Origin: Candidatus Marinacidobacterium sp.
Lineage (GTDB): Bacteria; Acidobacteriota; Vicinamibacteria; Marinacidobacterales; Marinacidobacteraceae
Assembly (NCBI GenBank): GCA_965204755.1
Contig: OZ242011.1
Location: 2,112,001 to 2,176,000, forward strand
Direction of reading: 5' to 3'
Length of the DNA stretch: 64,000 bases
Shown: one piece after another, positions 9,152 through 18,917 of the stretch
Layout: each line of letters begins with the position of its first letter
How positions within the stretch are numbered: position 1 is the stretch's first letter
Program-made: the position numbers and the translations under genes
The notes under the pieces: generated by a model
The model's database searches: none
The model's input: only the letters and a program-made list of their open reading frames with translations
Told to the model about the DNA's origin: nothing

Positions 9152-10287
9152 GCGCAGCGGAGCGCGCAGTCGGCGGCGGCCGCATCGAGGGTTACGACCT
9201 CGCCCGCGCGGCGGCCATCTTCGGGATGGTGGTCGTGAACTTCTCGCTGGTGATGACCGGCGCGGAATGGGGGCGCGAAACCCCCGGCGGCGACACCGGG
9301 CTGGCCCGGATCGCGAGCCTCCTCGAGGGCCGGGCGGCGGCGCTCTTCGTCGTCCTCGCCGGGATTGGCCTCACCCTGGGCGCCCGCCGCGCGCTCGCTT
9401 CCGGCGACCCGGCGGCGCTCTTCGCCGCGAGGAAGACGCTGTGGAAGAGGTCGGCCTTCCTGTTCGTCTTCGGGCTCGCGTTCTCCGCCGTCTGGCCGGC
9501 GGACATCCTCCACTTCTACGGCTGGTACCTCGGTCTCGGCGCCCTCGCGCTGGCCTGGCCCGGCCGCCGGCTCCTCGGCGCCGCCGCCGCGCTCGCCGCC
9601 GCCTTCGTCGTCCTCCTGCTCGTCGGCGACTACGAGGCCGGCTGGGACTTCGCGACGATCACCTACACGGACTTCTGGACGCCGGCCGGGCAGGTGCGCC
9701 ACCTGTTCTTCAACGGCTTCCACCCGGTCGTTCCCTGGCTCGCGTTCCTGCTGCTCGGCATCCGGCTGGGCCGCCTCGACCTCGCCGACCGCGCCGTCCG
9801 CCGCCGGGTGTTCGCCGTCGGCGTCGCGGCGGCCGCGGTTGCGGAGACGGTTTCCGCCCTCCTGCTGCGGGAGTTCGGGGCGGGACTCACCGGCGAGGAC
9901 GCGGAAATCGCGGCGGCGCTCCTCGGGACTTCCCCGATGCCGCCGATGCCGCTCTACCTGCTGGCGTCGGCGGGAACCGCGGTCGCCGCCGTCGCGCTGG
10001 CCGTCGGCGTCTCCGCTTCGCCGCTCGTCCGCCGGGGGTTCGCGCGGCCGATCCACGACGCGTTGGCCGCCGCCGGGCGGCTCTCGCTCACCGTCTATGT
10101 CGCCCATGTCCTCGTCGGCATGGGGACTCTCGAGGCGCTCGGCCGCCTGGACGGCGAGCAATCCCTCGAGTCCGCGCTCGCCGCTTCCGCCCTGTTCTAC
10201 CTGCTCGCGGTGCTCTTCGCGGTCCTCTGGACGAAGAGGTACCGCCGCGGCCCGCTCGAGGCGGCGCTGCGCCGCCTCGCCGGCTGA
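9148..10287 (+). CDS. DUF418-family polytopic membrane protein
   Basis: GTG at 9148 overlaps the oxidase stop. Motifs RIEGYDLARAAAIFGM, GRAAALF, GRLSLTVYVAH and RGPLEAALR. Confidence 0.8.
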   Translation: MSAAERAVGGGRIEGYDLARAAAIFGMVVVNFSLVMTGAEWGRETPGGDTGLARIASLLEGRAAALFVVLAGIGLTLGARRALASGDPAALFAARKTLWKRSAFLFVFGLAFSAVWPADILHFYGWYLGLGALALAWPGRRLLGAAAALAAAFVVLLLVGDYEAGWDFATITYTDFWTPAGQVRHLFFNGFHPVVPWLAFLLLGIRLGRLDLADRAVRRRVFAVGVAAAAVAETVSALLLREFGAGLTGEDAEIAAALLGTSPMPPMPLYLLASAGTAVAAVALAVGVSASPLVRRGFARPIHDALAAAGRLSLTVYVAHVLVGMGTLEALGRLDGEQSLESALAASALFYLLAVLFAVLWTKRYRRGPLEAALRRLAG

Positions 10288-10312
10288 CTCCCCGACTACC
10301 CGCTTTGGGGGC

Positions 10313-11716
10313 TCAGGGAAGTTCGTCGAGCGCCAGCCGCGCGACCGCGGTCCGCACCCGGTCGTCGCGCCAGGCGACCAGCAGCCGCTCCCCCGGGTCC
10401 GGCCCGAGGTCTTCCTCGGCCTCTTCGTCCTCTTCCGGCTCCTCTTCCTCCTCGTCCTCGTCCGGCAGCGGCCGTCCGGGGAGCCGAACGAGTTGCGGCA
10501 CGCCGGCCGCGCGCCCCGGAGGCGCCGCCGCGACCCGGAGGGGCTCGGCGAGCCGCCCGTCCGGCCACACCCGGCGCAGCCGCACTTCCCCGCTCCGGCC
10601 TTCGCCGCGTTCGACCCACGACACCGCCGCGCTCCCGTCGTCGAGCAGCGCGACCCCGGCGGAGCCGAACGGATCCCCGCCGTCCACCCGGATGGCCGCG
10701 CCGAACTCCTCGCCGCCGTTCGCCGAGAACACCACCCGCACTTCCGGCTCGCCGGAAGCGAAGGTGAACCAGGCGACCACGACTTCCGCCCCGGCGGCGG
10801 CGATGGCCGGGCCGTTGGTGGGGCAGGCGTTGATCCGCCAGCCGTCGGCGTGGAGCGGGCGCGCCGGCTGCCAGATCGCCCGGACCTTCCGCGCCACCGA
10901 GATGTCCCGGAGGTCGTCCGCGTCCGGGGCCGGCTGCCGGTCGCGATAGACCAGCGCCGGGCCGTCGGCGGCCGCCGCCAGCCCGGTGGGGCAGCAACTG
11001 CAGACCTCGGGGTCGAACAGTTGGTCGCCGAGCAGGTGGCCGAGCGTCTGGAACCGGGCGACCCGGAGCGTCATCCCGTCCTCCTCGGCTTCGGCGCCCG
11101 GGGGCGGCGCCAGGTAGGCGGCGGTGAAGCCCCCCGGCTCCGGCGCGTAGGAGACGAAACCGGAGTAGGCGGTCCCGGCGTGCGGACCGGTGGAGAAGAT
11201 GTCCTGCCAGTTCTCCCCGGCGTCCATCGTGTAGGCCATGCGGATGCCGTAGCCGTAGGCGGTGGGCGCGGCTGCGTTTGCCCGGTCGGCCCCGTCCGTC
11301 CCGTCCGTGGCGCGGCGCGGCGAGCGCGCCAGCCAGTGCGCGGCGAGCCGGTCTTCGCCGAACGCCGCCACCTTCGGGTGGTCCACCCAGTTCACGAACC
11401 AGTCCTCGCCCTCGGCGATGTCCCGCGCCTCGCCCCAGGCATCGGCCCATACGCCGTCTTCGTCGGCTTCCCGGTTCAGCGCGGCGAAGCGCAGCGCGTG
11501 GCCCTCGCCCCGCTCCTCGACCCAACTCAGGAAGGCCTCGCCGGCGGGCGAGACGGTGAGCGAGTAACTGCCGCTGCCGTCGGGCGCCGGCGTCTCCAGC
11601 GGCTCCACGGAGGGCGCTCCGGTTTGTGCCGCGGCGGGAGCGACGGCCAAGGCCGACGCGAGCATCGCGCCGCCGGCGGCCCTTCGGAGGCGGGGCGGGG
11701 GAGTCGGTTCGGTCAT
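10313..11716 (-). CDS. secreted BNR/sialidase-like beta-propeller protein
   Basis: Signal peptide; motifs WFVNWVDHP, TMDAGENW, VCSCCPT, DGWRINACPTNGP and SANGGEEF (Asp-box-like). Confidence 0.75.
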   Translation of the reverse strand: MTEPTPPPRLRRAAGGAMLASALAVAPAAAQTGAPSVEPLETPAPDGSGSYSLTVSPAGEAFLSWVEERGEGHALRFAALNREADEDGVWADAWGEARDIAEGEDWFVNWVDHPKVAAFGEDRLAAHWLARSPRRATDGTDGADRANAAAPTAYGYGIRMAYTMDAGENWQDIFSTGPHAGTAYSGFVSYAPEPGGFTAAYLAPPPGAEAEEDGMTLRVARFQTLGHLLGDQLFDPEVCSCCPTGLAAAADGPALVYRDRQPAPDADDLRDISVARKVRAIWQPARPLHADGWRINACPTNGPAIAAAGAEVVVAWFTFASGEPEVRVVFSANGGEEFGAAIRVDGGDPFGSAGVALLDDGSAAVSWVERGEGRSGEVRLRRVWPDGRLAEPLRVAAAPPGRAAGVPQLVRLPGRPLPDEDEEEEEPEEDEEAEEDLGPDPGERLLVAWRDDRVRTAVARLALDELP

Positions 11717-11915
11717 CGGCGGTTTTCGGGCGAGGCGGGCGGTCTTCGGCGGCGTCCGCCGCCGCCCGAACCGGCGATTCTCGCACGAACGGCGCTTCCG
11801 CCCATGCCCCGAACCTCGTCGCGCCGGCGACGGAACCGGCCCGCCGCCGGACTGGTAGCATCGTCCGTTTCCCGATTTTCCGCCGCTTTCCGCGTTTTCT
11901 CCCCCGAGGCGCCGC

Positions 11916-13403
11916 ATGGTTTTCCCCCTCTCCTCCCGTTCCTTCCCGGCCGCTTCGTCAGCGGTTTCCGCCGCCCGCCGCCGGTTCGCCGCCGCCGCCT
12001 TCGTCCTGCCGCTGCTGGCGGCGGCGCCGGTCGCCGCCTCCGCCCAGTCCGCCGCCGAACTCGACGAGAGCGCCCGGCAATTCGTGAGCGTCGCCGGGCC
12101 GACGACCGCGATCACCGGAGTGCAGGTCGTGGACGGAACCGGCGCCGCCCCGCTCGCCGGGCACACGGTCGTCATCTCCGGCGAGCGGATCCTGGCCGTC
12201 GGCCCCGACGGCGAAGTCGAAGTCCCGGCGGACGCGGAACGGATCGCCGGCGCCGGCCACACCCTGATACCGGGACTGGTCGGCGTCCACAACCACACCT
12301 TCTACACCACCGCGGCGCGCCATTCCCAGATGAACACCACCTCGCCGCGCCTCTACCTCGCCTCCGGCGTCACCACCATCCGCACGACCGGCAGTTATTC
12401 CCCGTACAGCGAGATCAACATGCGCCGCGCCATCGAAGCCGGCGAAATCGTCGGCCCCCGGATGCACATCACCGGCCCCTACATCTCCGGCGCCGGAGCG
12501 AGCACCTACATGACCCAGGTATCGAGCCCCGAAGACGCCCGCCGCGTCGTCGCCTACTGGGCCGAGGAAGGCGCCACCTGGTTCAAGGCGTACACCCGCA
12601 TCTCCCGCGCCGAACTCGGCGCCGCCATCGAAGAAGCCCACCGCCTCGGCCTCCGCTTCACCGGCCACCTGTGCTCGGTGACTTTCCGCGAAGCGGTGGA
12701 CCTCGGCATCGATTCGCTCGAACACGGCTTCTTCACGAACACGGAATACCACGCCGCGAAACAGCCCGACGACTGCCCGCCCGACTTCCGCTCCACGCTC
12801 CGGGACATCGATATCGATTCGCCGGAAGTAACCGCGACCATTGACCACATGGTCGGGAACGAAGTCGCGCTGACTTCCACCCTGGCGGTGTACGAACTCT
12901 CCGTCCCCGGCCGCCCGCCGCTCGAGGATCGGAACCTCGAAGCGCTTTCGCCGGGCGCGCGGGACGAATACCTGGCGCGGCGCGAGGAGATCGCGGACGC
13001 GCAGGACGCCATCTTCCGGGACCTCTTCCCCAAGGCCCAGGCCTTCGAGTACCGCTTCTTCAAGGCCGGCGGCCTGCTCGCCGCCGGAGTGGACCCCACC
13101 GGCAACGGCGGCGCCCTCCCCGGCTTCGGCGACCAGCGCAACTACGAGTTGCTCCTCGAAGCCGAGTTCACGCCTGCGGAAGCGCTCCTGGTGATGAGCC
13201 TGAACGGCGCCCGCGTCCTGGGCGTGGACGAAGACCTCGGCAGCATCGAGGAGGGCAAGTTGGCCGACCTGGTCCTCATCGCCGGCGACCCGGTGGCCAA
13301 CCCGGCCGAAATCCGCAATGTCGTCACCGTCTTCAAGGACGGCGTCGGCTACGACTCCGCCGCCCTCATCGCCTCCGTCAAGGGCCTCGTCGGCCTGCAG
13401 TAA
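11916..13403 (+). CDS. secreted amidohydrolase family protein
   Basis: Motifs IPGLVGVHNH, YLASGVTTIR, SLEHG and GSIEEGKLADLVL. Confidence 0.88.
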   Translation: MVFPLSSRSFPAASSAVSAARRRFAAAAFVLPLLAAAPVAASAQSAAELDESARQFVSVAGPTTAITGVQVVDGTGAAPLAGHTVVISGERILAVGPDGEVEVPADAERIAGAGHTLIPGLVGVHNHTFYTTAARHSQMNTTSPRLYLASGVTTIRTTGSYSPYSEINMRRAIEAGEIVGPRMHITGPYISGAGASTYMTQVSSPEDARRVVAYWAEEGATWFKAYTRISRAELGAAIEEAHRLGLRFTGHLCSVTFREAVDLGIDSLEHGFFTNTEYHAAKQPDDCPPDFRSTLRDIDIDSPEVTATIDHMVGNEVALTSTLAVYELSVPGRPPLEDRNLEALSPGARDEYLARREEIADAQDAIFRDLFPKAQAFEYRFFKAGGLLAAGVDPTGNGGALPGFGDQRNYELLLEAEFTPAEALLVMSLNGARVLGVDEDLGSIEEGKLADLVLIAGDPVANPAEIRNVVTVFKDGVGYDSAALIASVKGLVGLQ

Positions 13404-13436
13404 ACTGCCGCCCGCAGTATTCTTCCCGGGAGCCCG

Positions 13437-14627
13437 ATGAGCGACGAAGCCCGCCCGCCCGCAGGCTCGGCGAAGACACCCGGCGACGTGACGACGACCG
13501 ACGGCGCCCTCGACTGGATCACGATCGAGGGCCTGAGGAGTATCCGCAGCCTGCGGAAAGTCGAACTCCGCCCGTTGAATGTCCTGATCGGCGCCAACGG
13601 GTCCGGCAAGTCCAACTTCATCGAAGCGTTCGCACTGCTCCACGCGATATGCGCCGGCCGGCTGCACCACTATGTGCACCGGTTCGGCGGAGCGGATCGG
13701 ATGCTCCATTTCGGGACCGAGAGGACTACGGAGATCGAGATCGAACTGTCGTTCTCCGAGGAACGCAACCGGTACGGCATCGTGCTGGAGGCGGGAGCCG
13801 CCGATGTTCTCCGGGTGGCGTCAGAAGTAACCCATTCCTGGGACAAGGAGCATTACGACCGGCCCTACGACGAACCGCTGGCCCCAAATGGAGGCGAGGC
13901 GGCGATCAGTTCGTCCGACCTACGGGGCGTGGCGCTTCAGGTCCGGCGCCGGCTCGACAGTTGGCGTGTGTACCACTTCCACAACACGAGCGTGTTCTCT
14001 CCGCTGCGGAAGACCGCGAATGTCCACGACCGGCACGCTCTCGAAGCCGACGGGTCCAATCTGCCGGCGTTTCTGCTCGCGTTGCGCGAGGCTCATCCTG
14101 GCGCCTACTCTCTGATTCGTAAGACCGTAAGGCTCGCCATGCCGTTCTTCGATGACTTCGTCCTGAGGCCGTTTGGAGAGCACAACGATGCGATTCGGCT
14201 CCAATGGACACACCGGTCTTCGAAGAAGTCATTCGATGTCCTGTCGATCTCAGACGGCGCTCTTCGTTTCATCGCACTTACGACGCTCCTTTTGCAGCCC
14301 TCTAAGTTGCGCCCACGGGTGATCCTCTTGGACGAGCCCGAACTGGGTCTCCATCCCTATGCGCTCTGTCTCTTTGCCGCCATGGTTCGTTCGGCGAGTG
14401 TCGAGAGTCAGGTCGTATTGTCCACGCAATCGGCGATCTTTCTCGACTACTTCGAGCCGGAGGATCTCGTCGTCAGCGAGCGCGAGAACGGAGAGACCCG
14501 AATGCGCCGCCTTGAGCGGGCCGCCTTGGCCGTTTGGCTGGAGGATTCCAGTTTGAGTGAGCTCTGGGAGCAGAGTTACCTCGGCGGCCGACCCGCTTCC
14601 GATGATTTACTGGGGCAGAAAGAGTGA
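13437..14627 (+). CDS. AAA_21/AbiEii-type ABC ATPase
   Basis: Walker A GANGSGKS, signature ISDGALRF, Walker B ILLDEPELGLHP and STQS. Confidence 0.88.
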   Translation: MSDEARPPAGSAKTPGDVTTTDGALDWITIEGLRSIRSLRKVELRPLNVLIGANGSGKSNFIEAFALLHAICAGRLHHYVHRFGGADRMLHFGTERTTEIEIELSFSEERNRYGIVLEAGAADVLRVASEVTHSWDKEHYDRPYDEPLAPNGGEAAISSSDLRGVALQVRRRLDSWRVYHFHNTSVFSPLRKTANVHDRHALEADGSNLPAFLLALREAHPGAYSLIRKTVRLAMPFFDDFVLRPFGEHNDAIRLQWTHRSSKKSFDVLSISDGALRFIALTTLLLQPSKLRPRVILLDEPELGLHPYALCLFAAMVRSASVESQVVLSTQSAIFLDYFEPEDLVVSERENGETRMRRLERAALAVWLEDSSLSELWEQSYLGGRPASDDLLGQKE

Positions 14628-15325
14628 ATCGGCTCATCGTTATCGTCGAGGGACAGACGGAGGAAGTGTTCGTCAACCAAATATTGTCCTCATACTTGGC
14701 CTCACGAGGATACTCGTCGGCTCGGGCGCGCCTCATGGGCGAGTCGTGCCGGCGAGGCGAGCGTGGAGGCGTTCGCGCGTGGAGCTTCGTGCGACGGAGA
14801 ATCTTGCGGCACCTGAAAGAGGATCGAGGCTGTGTGGTGTCCACGATGGTGGACTACTACGGTTTGCCACTGGACGGCAGACGTGCTTGGCCGTGCTCGG
14901 TGCCGCGTGGCGCTGGACCGGAAGCACTCCTCGTCGAAGAGGGTATGCGAACCGATATCGCCACCGAGGGGATCGGTCTGGCGCGGCGGTTCATTCCGTA
15001 TGTGGCCATGTACGAATTCGAGGCGTTGCTGTTCAGCGATTGCTCGACTTTCGGCAGAAGCATCGAACGCGAGGATATCGTTTCGGATCTGGAGCGAATT
15101 CGGCGGGCCTTTGTGAGTCCGGAGGCGATAGACGACAGTCCGACGGGCGCGCCTTCGAAGCGGATCGCGCGTCTGATAGCCGACTACAACAAGCCGTTTC
15201 ACGGAAACATCGCGGCACTGGAGATCGGGGTCGAGAAGATGCGCGCGGAGTGCCCGCACTTCGCGGAGTGGCTGGACGCGCTCGAAGGCGTGGTGGCTAC
15301 ATTGGCAGCGACTCGTCGACCCTGA
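14624..15325 (+). CDS. DUF4276 family (TOPRIM-like) protein
   Basis: Motifs IVEGQTEE, VSTMVDYYG, YEFEALLFSD, APSKRI and CPHFAEWL; overlaps the ATPase stop (GTGA). Confidence 0.85.
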   Translation: MNRLIVIVEGQTEEVFVNQILSSYLASRGYSSARARLMGESCRRGERGGVRAWSFVRRRILRHLKEDRGCVVSTMVDYYGLPLDGRRAWPCSVPRGAGPEALLVEEGMRTDIATEGIGLARRFIPYVAMYEFEALLFSDCSTFGRSIEREDIVSDLERIRRAFVSPEAIDDSPTGAPSKRIARLIADYNKPFHGNIAALEIGVEKMRAECPHFAEWLDALEGVVATLAATRRP

Positions 15326-15376
15326 GCGTTGGAACGCGTCGGCCAAAAGCACGCCACGCGGATCGCCGAGCAGTGG

Positions 15377-16567
15377 CTACTGGCGGAACAGGTCTCGCGA
15401 CGGGCTGTCGGCGGTGAGTTCGCCGCTCCATAGGCGGGAGGCGAAGGTAGTGGCGGGGAGGACTTCGATGCCGTCTCCGGTGTGACGGGGTGTCGGTTCG
15501 AGGCAGGTGACGATGCGCCGTCGGACTTCCGGGTGGTCCTTCGCCAGGTGGCGGAGGCCGCGGAGGTCGCGGTCGGTGACTTGGCGTTTCGCTTTGGCTT
15601 CGACGGCGACGCGCATGTCGCCGAGGATGAAGTCCACTTCGATTCCGCCGGCGAGCCGCCACCAGTACAGGGTCTCCTCCGGAGCGCGGTAGGAACGGAA
15701 CGAGGCGAGTTCGTGATGCACCCAGTTCTCGAAAGCGTGCCCGTACGCGTCCGAACCGCGCTGGGGCGCCCCGCGCCGGGCCAGGCGATTCACGATGCCG
15801 ACATCGTTGAAGTAGAAGCGCGGCGCGGCGATGGTCCGTCGCTTCGCGCGCTGCCGCCACGCCGGCAGCCAGCGCCCGATCAGCGTTTCTTCGAGGACTC
15901 CGTAGTACTGCTTCACGGTCGGCGCGGAGACGCCGCATTCGCGGGCGATGTTGGTGAAGTTCACCATGGCGCCGTCACCGAGCGCGGCGGCGTCGAGGAA
16001 GGCGCCGAAGGCCGGCAGGTTGCGGGCGCGCCCCTCTTCGGCGATCTCCTGCCGCAGGTAGTCGGCGATGTAGTCGTCGAGCAGGCGTCCGGGGCGCGAC
16101 GACTGCAGGACGCGCGGCAGGTAACCGAACTGCGCCGCGCGGTCGAGGTCGAAGTCCGCGCCCAACTCGCGTGAGGTGAGCCCGCGCAACTCGTAGCGGC
16201 GCGCCCGCCCGCTGAGCAGGTTGACCCCGGCGCGCCGCACCCGGCGGGCGCTCGACCCGCAGAGCGCGAAGGTGACCCCGCGGTGCTCGATCAGCCAGTG
16301 GATCTCGTCCAGCAGCGCGGGAACCTTCTGGACCTCGTCCACGACCACATGGAAGGGGCGGCCTCCGCGGTTCTCCGCCTCGATCTCCTCCCGGAGCGCC
16401 TCCGGCCGGGTGGCGTAGCGCCGGAACTCGTCGGCCTTCAGCAGGTCCACCCAGCGGGAGGCGCCGTACCGCTGCCGGAGGAGCGTGGTCTTCCCGGTCT
16501 GGCGCGGCCCCCAGAGGAAGAAATTCTCCGAGCCGGCCGGGGGAAGGCGGAGGCTACGCTCAAACAT
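15377..16567 (-). CDS. AAA_14 ATPase with DUF4143 C-terminal domain
   Basis: Motifs GPRQTGKTT, VVVDEVQK, LCGSS, FYFNDVG, AFENWV and EVDFI...AVEAK. Confidence 0.88.
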   Translation of the reverse strand: MFERSLRLPPAGSENFFLWGPRQTGKTTLLRQRYGASRWVDLLKADEFRRYATRPEALREEIEAENRGGRPFHVVVDEVQKVPALLDEIHWLIEHRGVTFALCGSSARRVRRAGVNLLSGRARRYELRGLTSRELGADFDLDRAAQFGYLPRVLQSSRPGRLLDDYIADYLRQEIAEEGRARNLPAFGAFLDAAALGDGAMVNFTNIARECGVSAPTVKQYYGVLEETLIGRWLPAWRQRAKRRTIAAPRFYFNDVGIVNRLARRGAPQRGSDAYGHAFENWVHHELASFRSYRAPEETLYWWRLAGGIEVDFILGDMRVAVEAKAKRQVTDRDLRGLRHLAKDHPEVRRRIVTCLEPTPRHTGDGIEVLPATTFASRLWSGELTADSPSRDLFRQ

Positions 16568-16599
16568 CCACTTCAGATTATCATGATAATCGAAAGTGG
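16568..16599. promoter_or_regulatory. AT-rich palindromic operator candidate upstream of the DUF4143 ATPase
   Basis: Perfect 16-bp palindrome GATTATCATGATAATC (16576-16591) with outer arms CCACTT...AAGTGG, directly adjacent to the start codon at 16567. Confidence 0.55.
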
Positions 16600-16659
16600 T
16601 GATTTACATCGTCAGGCACCGCCGCTTGGCTGACCGGGGCCGACCTCGGGGTCGGGGCG

Positions 16660-17127
16660 CTACTCCATCAGGGCGAAGCCCAAGGTGGCGGACGCGACCG
16701 GCCGCCCGCCCGCGCTCGCGCCGGTGCGGAGTTCGCCGAGACGGCCGCGGACGCGGGTCACTTCGGCCGACAGGTCGAGGCGGGCGCCGAAGTCCACGCC
16801 GCCCTCCATCGCGAAGTCGTCCACCGAGCGGAACAGGACGACGGGTTTTTCGGCGCGGCGCTCGTAGAGCATGGTCACGCCGCCGAGTTGCGCCATCGCC
16901 TCGATCACGATCCCCGCCGGGACCTGCGGCTGCCCGAGCGTGTAGGGGTGGTCCGGCGGGACGGTGACGAAACCCCGCGCGCTCTTCCCCGGAACGAGGT
17001 CGGAGACCCCGTGGAGGAACAGGAACGGCTCCCGGTGCGGCAGCACTTCGAGCACCGCCGCCCGGTCGAGCGTCAATCCGGTCGTCATTTCCGCAAGCGC
17101 CTCCCCGGCGGTCGGGCCGCCGCTCAC
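16660..17127 (-). CDS. fabZ: FabZ-like 3-hydroxyacyl-ACP dehydratase (hotdog fold)
   Basis: Motifs LPHREPFLF and PAGIVIEAMAQLGG. GTG at 17127 overlaps the ABC stop; an alternative ATG is at 17088. The catalytic His region looks divergent. Confidence 0.7.
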   Translation of the reverse strand: MSGGPTAGEALAEMTTGLTLDRAAVLEVLPHREPFLFLHGVSDLVPGKSARGFVTVPPDHPYTLGQPQVPAGIVIEAMAQLGGVTMLYERRAEKPVVLFRSVDDFAMEGGVDFGARLDLSAEVTRVRGRLGELRTGASAGGRPVASATLGFALME

Positions 17128-18917
17128 CCGGCGGCGAGCGCGACTTCCTCGTCGAACTGCAACTCGTAGAGGCGCCGGTAGATCCCGCCGGCCGCCAGCA
17201 ACTCCGCGTGCGTGCCGGTCTCCCGGATGCGGCCGCGATGCAGCACCACGATCCGGTCCGCGCCGCGGATCGTGGACAGCCGGTGCGCGATCACCAGACT
17301 GGTGCGGTTCTCCAGGACTCTCGCCAGCGCCGTCTGCACCGCGTGCTCCGTTTCCGGATCCACGCTGGAAGTGGCTTCGTCCAGAACCAACACCCGCGAC
17401 CGCCGCGCCATCACGCGGGCGATCCCGACCAGTTGCCGCTGCCCCTGCGAGAGCCCGCCTCCCCGCTCGCCGAGCGGGGTTTCCAGCCCCTGCGGCAGGT
17501 GGCGCGCCCAGTTCGCGACTTCCGCCGCCTCCGCCGCGCGGCGGGCGGTCTCTTCGGTGATGGACTCGTCGCCCAGCCGGATGTTGTCGAGCACGCTCCC
17601 GGAGAACAGGTGCACATCCTGCTGCACCATGGAGAACTCGCGCCGCAATTCCTCCAGCGGCCACTGCTTCACATCGCGCCCGTCCACCCGCACCGCGCCG
17701 CGCTGGACATCGTAGAGCCGGAGCAGCAGCGCGGCGAGCGTGGTCTTGCCGGACCCGGTATGCCCCACCAGCGCGACCGTCTCGCCGGGCGCGATGCGCA
17801 GTTCGATGTCCCGGAGCACCCAGTCTTCCTCGTCGTAGGCGAACGAGACGCCTTCCAGCGCGAGCGAACCGTGCCGATGCGCCGGCGCCAGCGCGTTCGC
17901 GCGGGTGGCGATCTCCGGTTCGGTGTCCAGCAGGCCCACGATGCGTTCCGAAGCGGCGAGAGCCCCCTGGAGGATGTTGAACTTCTCGGTCAGGTCGCGG
18001 ATCGGCCGGAAGAACATCTCGGAATACATCAGGAAGGCCACCAGCCCGCCGACGGTGAGCGTCCCGGTGGAGATCCGCGAACCGCCGTAACCCACGATGA
18101 CCGCGATGGTCACCGCGGTGATCATCTCCACCACCGGATAGAAGATCGAGAAACAGAGCACCGTCTCCAGGTGCGCGCCGGTGTGCTCCCGGTTCAACTT
18201 GCGGTATTCCCGCGCCCGCCGCCGCTCCTGCCGGAACAACTGCAGCACCTCCATCCCGGTGAGCGTCTCCTGGATGAAGCCGTTCACGGCGGAGACGGCG
18301 GCGCGAACCCGGCGGAACGCCGGACGCACCCGCCGCCGGAAGATCCACCCGGCGGTGAAGAGCGCCGGCACCGCCGCGAAAGTGACCAGTGCGAGTTGCC
18401 AGTTCATCCACAGCAGCGCCGCCATGATGCCGACCAGCAGCACCACATCGGTGATGATCATCACCACGCCGGAACTCAGCAGTTCGTTCAGCGCGTCCAC
18501 ATCGCTGGTCGCGCGGGTCACCACCTTGCCGATCGGGTTCCGGTCGAACCAGCCGGTATGGAGTTTCTGGATGTGGTCGAACACATCCCGGCGGATGTCC
18601 CGCATCACCCGCTGCCCGAACAGGTTCACGATCCACGCCTGCCCGTAGGCGGCGGCGAAACCGAGCGCCAGCATCGCCGCGTAGAGCCCGAGGATGCCGG
18701 TGAGCCCGGCGATGTCCCCGACCGCGATGTGGTCGTCTATGGCGATGCGCGTCAGGTACGGCCCGGCGAGTTGCGCCCCGGTGTTCACGAGCACAAGCGC
18801 CACGCCGACGGCGACGAACTTCCAGTAGGGCAGCAGGTACGGCAGCACCCGGCCGAGCAGTTTCCGGTCGGTCTTCCGGGACACGCCGTCCTCGGCCGGC
18901 GGAGCGGGCGGGCTCAC
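17124..18917 (-). CDS. ABC exporter ATP-binding/permease subunit (MdlB-like)
   Basis: TM domain plus GHTGSGKT, LSQGQRQL and LVLDEATSSVD. Confidence 0.92.
   Translation of the reverse strand: MSPPAPPAEDGVSRKTDRKLLGRVLPYLLPYWKFVAVGVALVLVNTGAQLAGPYLTRIAIDDHIAVGDIAGLTGILGLYAAMLALGFAAAYGQAWIVNLFGQRVMRDIRRDVFDHIQKLHTGWFDRNPIGKVVTRATSDVDALNELLSSGVVMIITDVVLLVGIMAALLWMNWQLALVTFAAVPALFTAGWIFRRRVRPAFRRVRAAVSAVNGFIQETLTGMEVLQLFRQERRRAREYRKLNREHTGAHLETVLCFSIFYPVVEMITAVTIAVIVGYGGSRISTGTLTVGGLVAFLMYSEMFFRPIRDLTEKFNILQGALAASERIVGLLDTEPEIATRANALAPAHRHGSLALEGVSFAYDEEDWVLRDIELRIAPGETVALVGHTGSGKTTLAALLLRLYDVQRGAVRVDGRDVKQWPLEELRREFSMVQQDVHLFSGSVLDNIRLGDESITEETARRAAEAAEVANWARHLPQGLETPLGERGGGLSQGQRQLVGIARVMARRSRVLVLDEATSSVDPETEHAVQTALARVLENRTSLVIAHRLSTIRGADRIVVLHRGRIRETGTHAELLAAGGIYRRLYELQFDEEVALAAG

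Noticed and set aside
6655-10287. 1210-aa ORF as a single protein
   Set aside because: The N-terminal part is an Arg/Pro-rich shadow over the oxidase; the real membrane protein starts at 9148.
16576-16591. Fur box assignment for the palindrome
   Set aside because: It contains GATAAT half-sites, but the spacing does not match the 19-bp Fur consensus and the adjacent gene is not iron-related.
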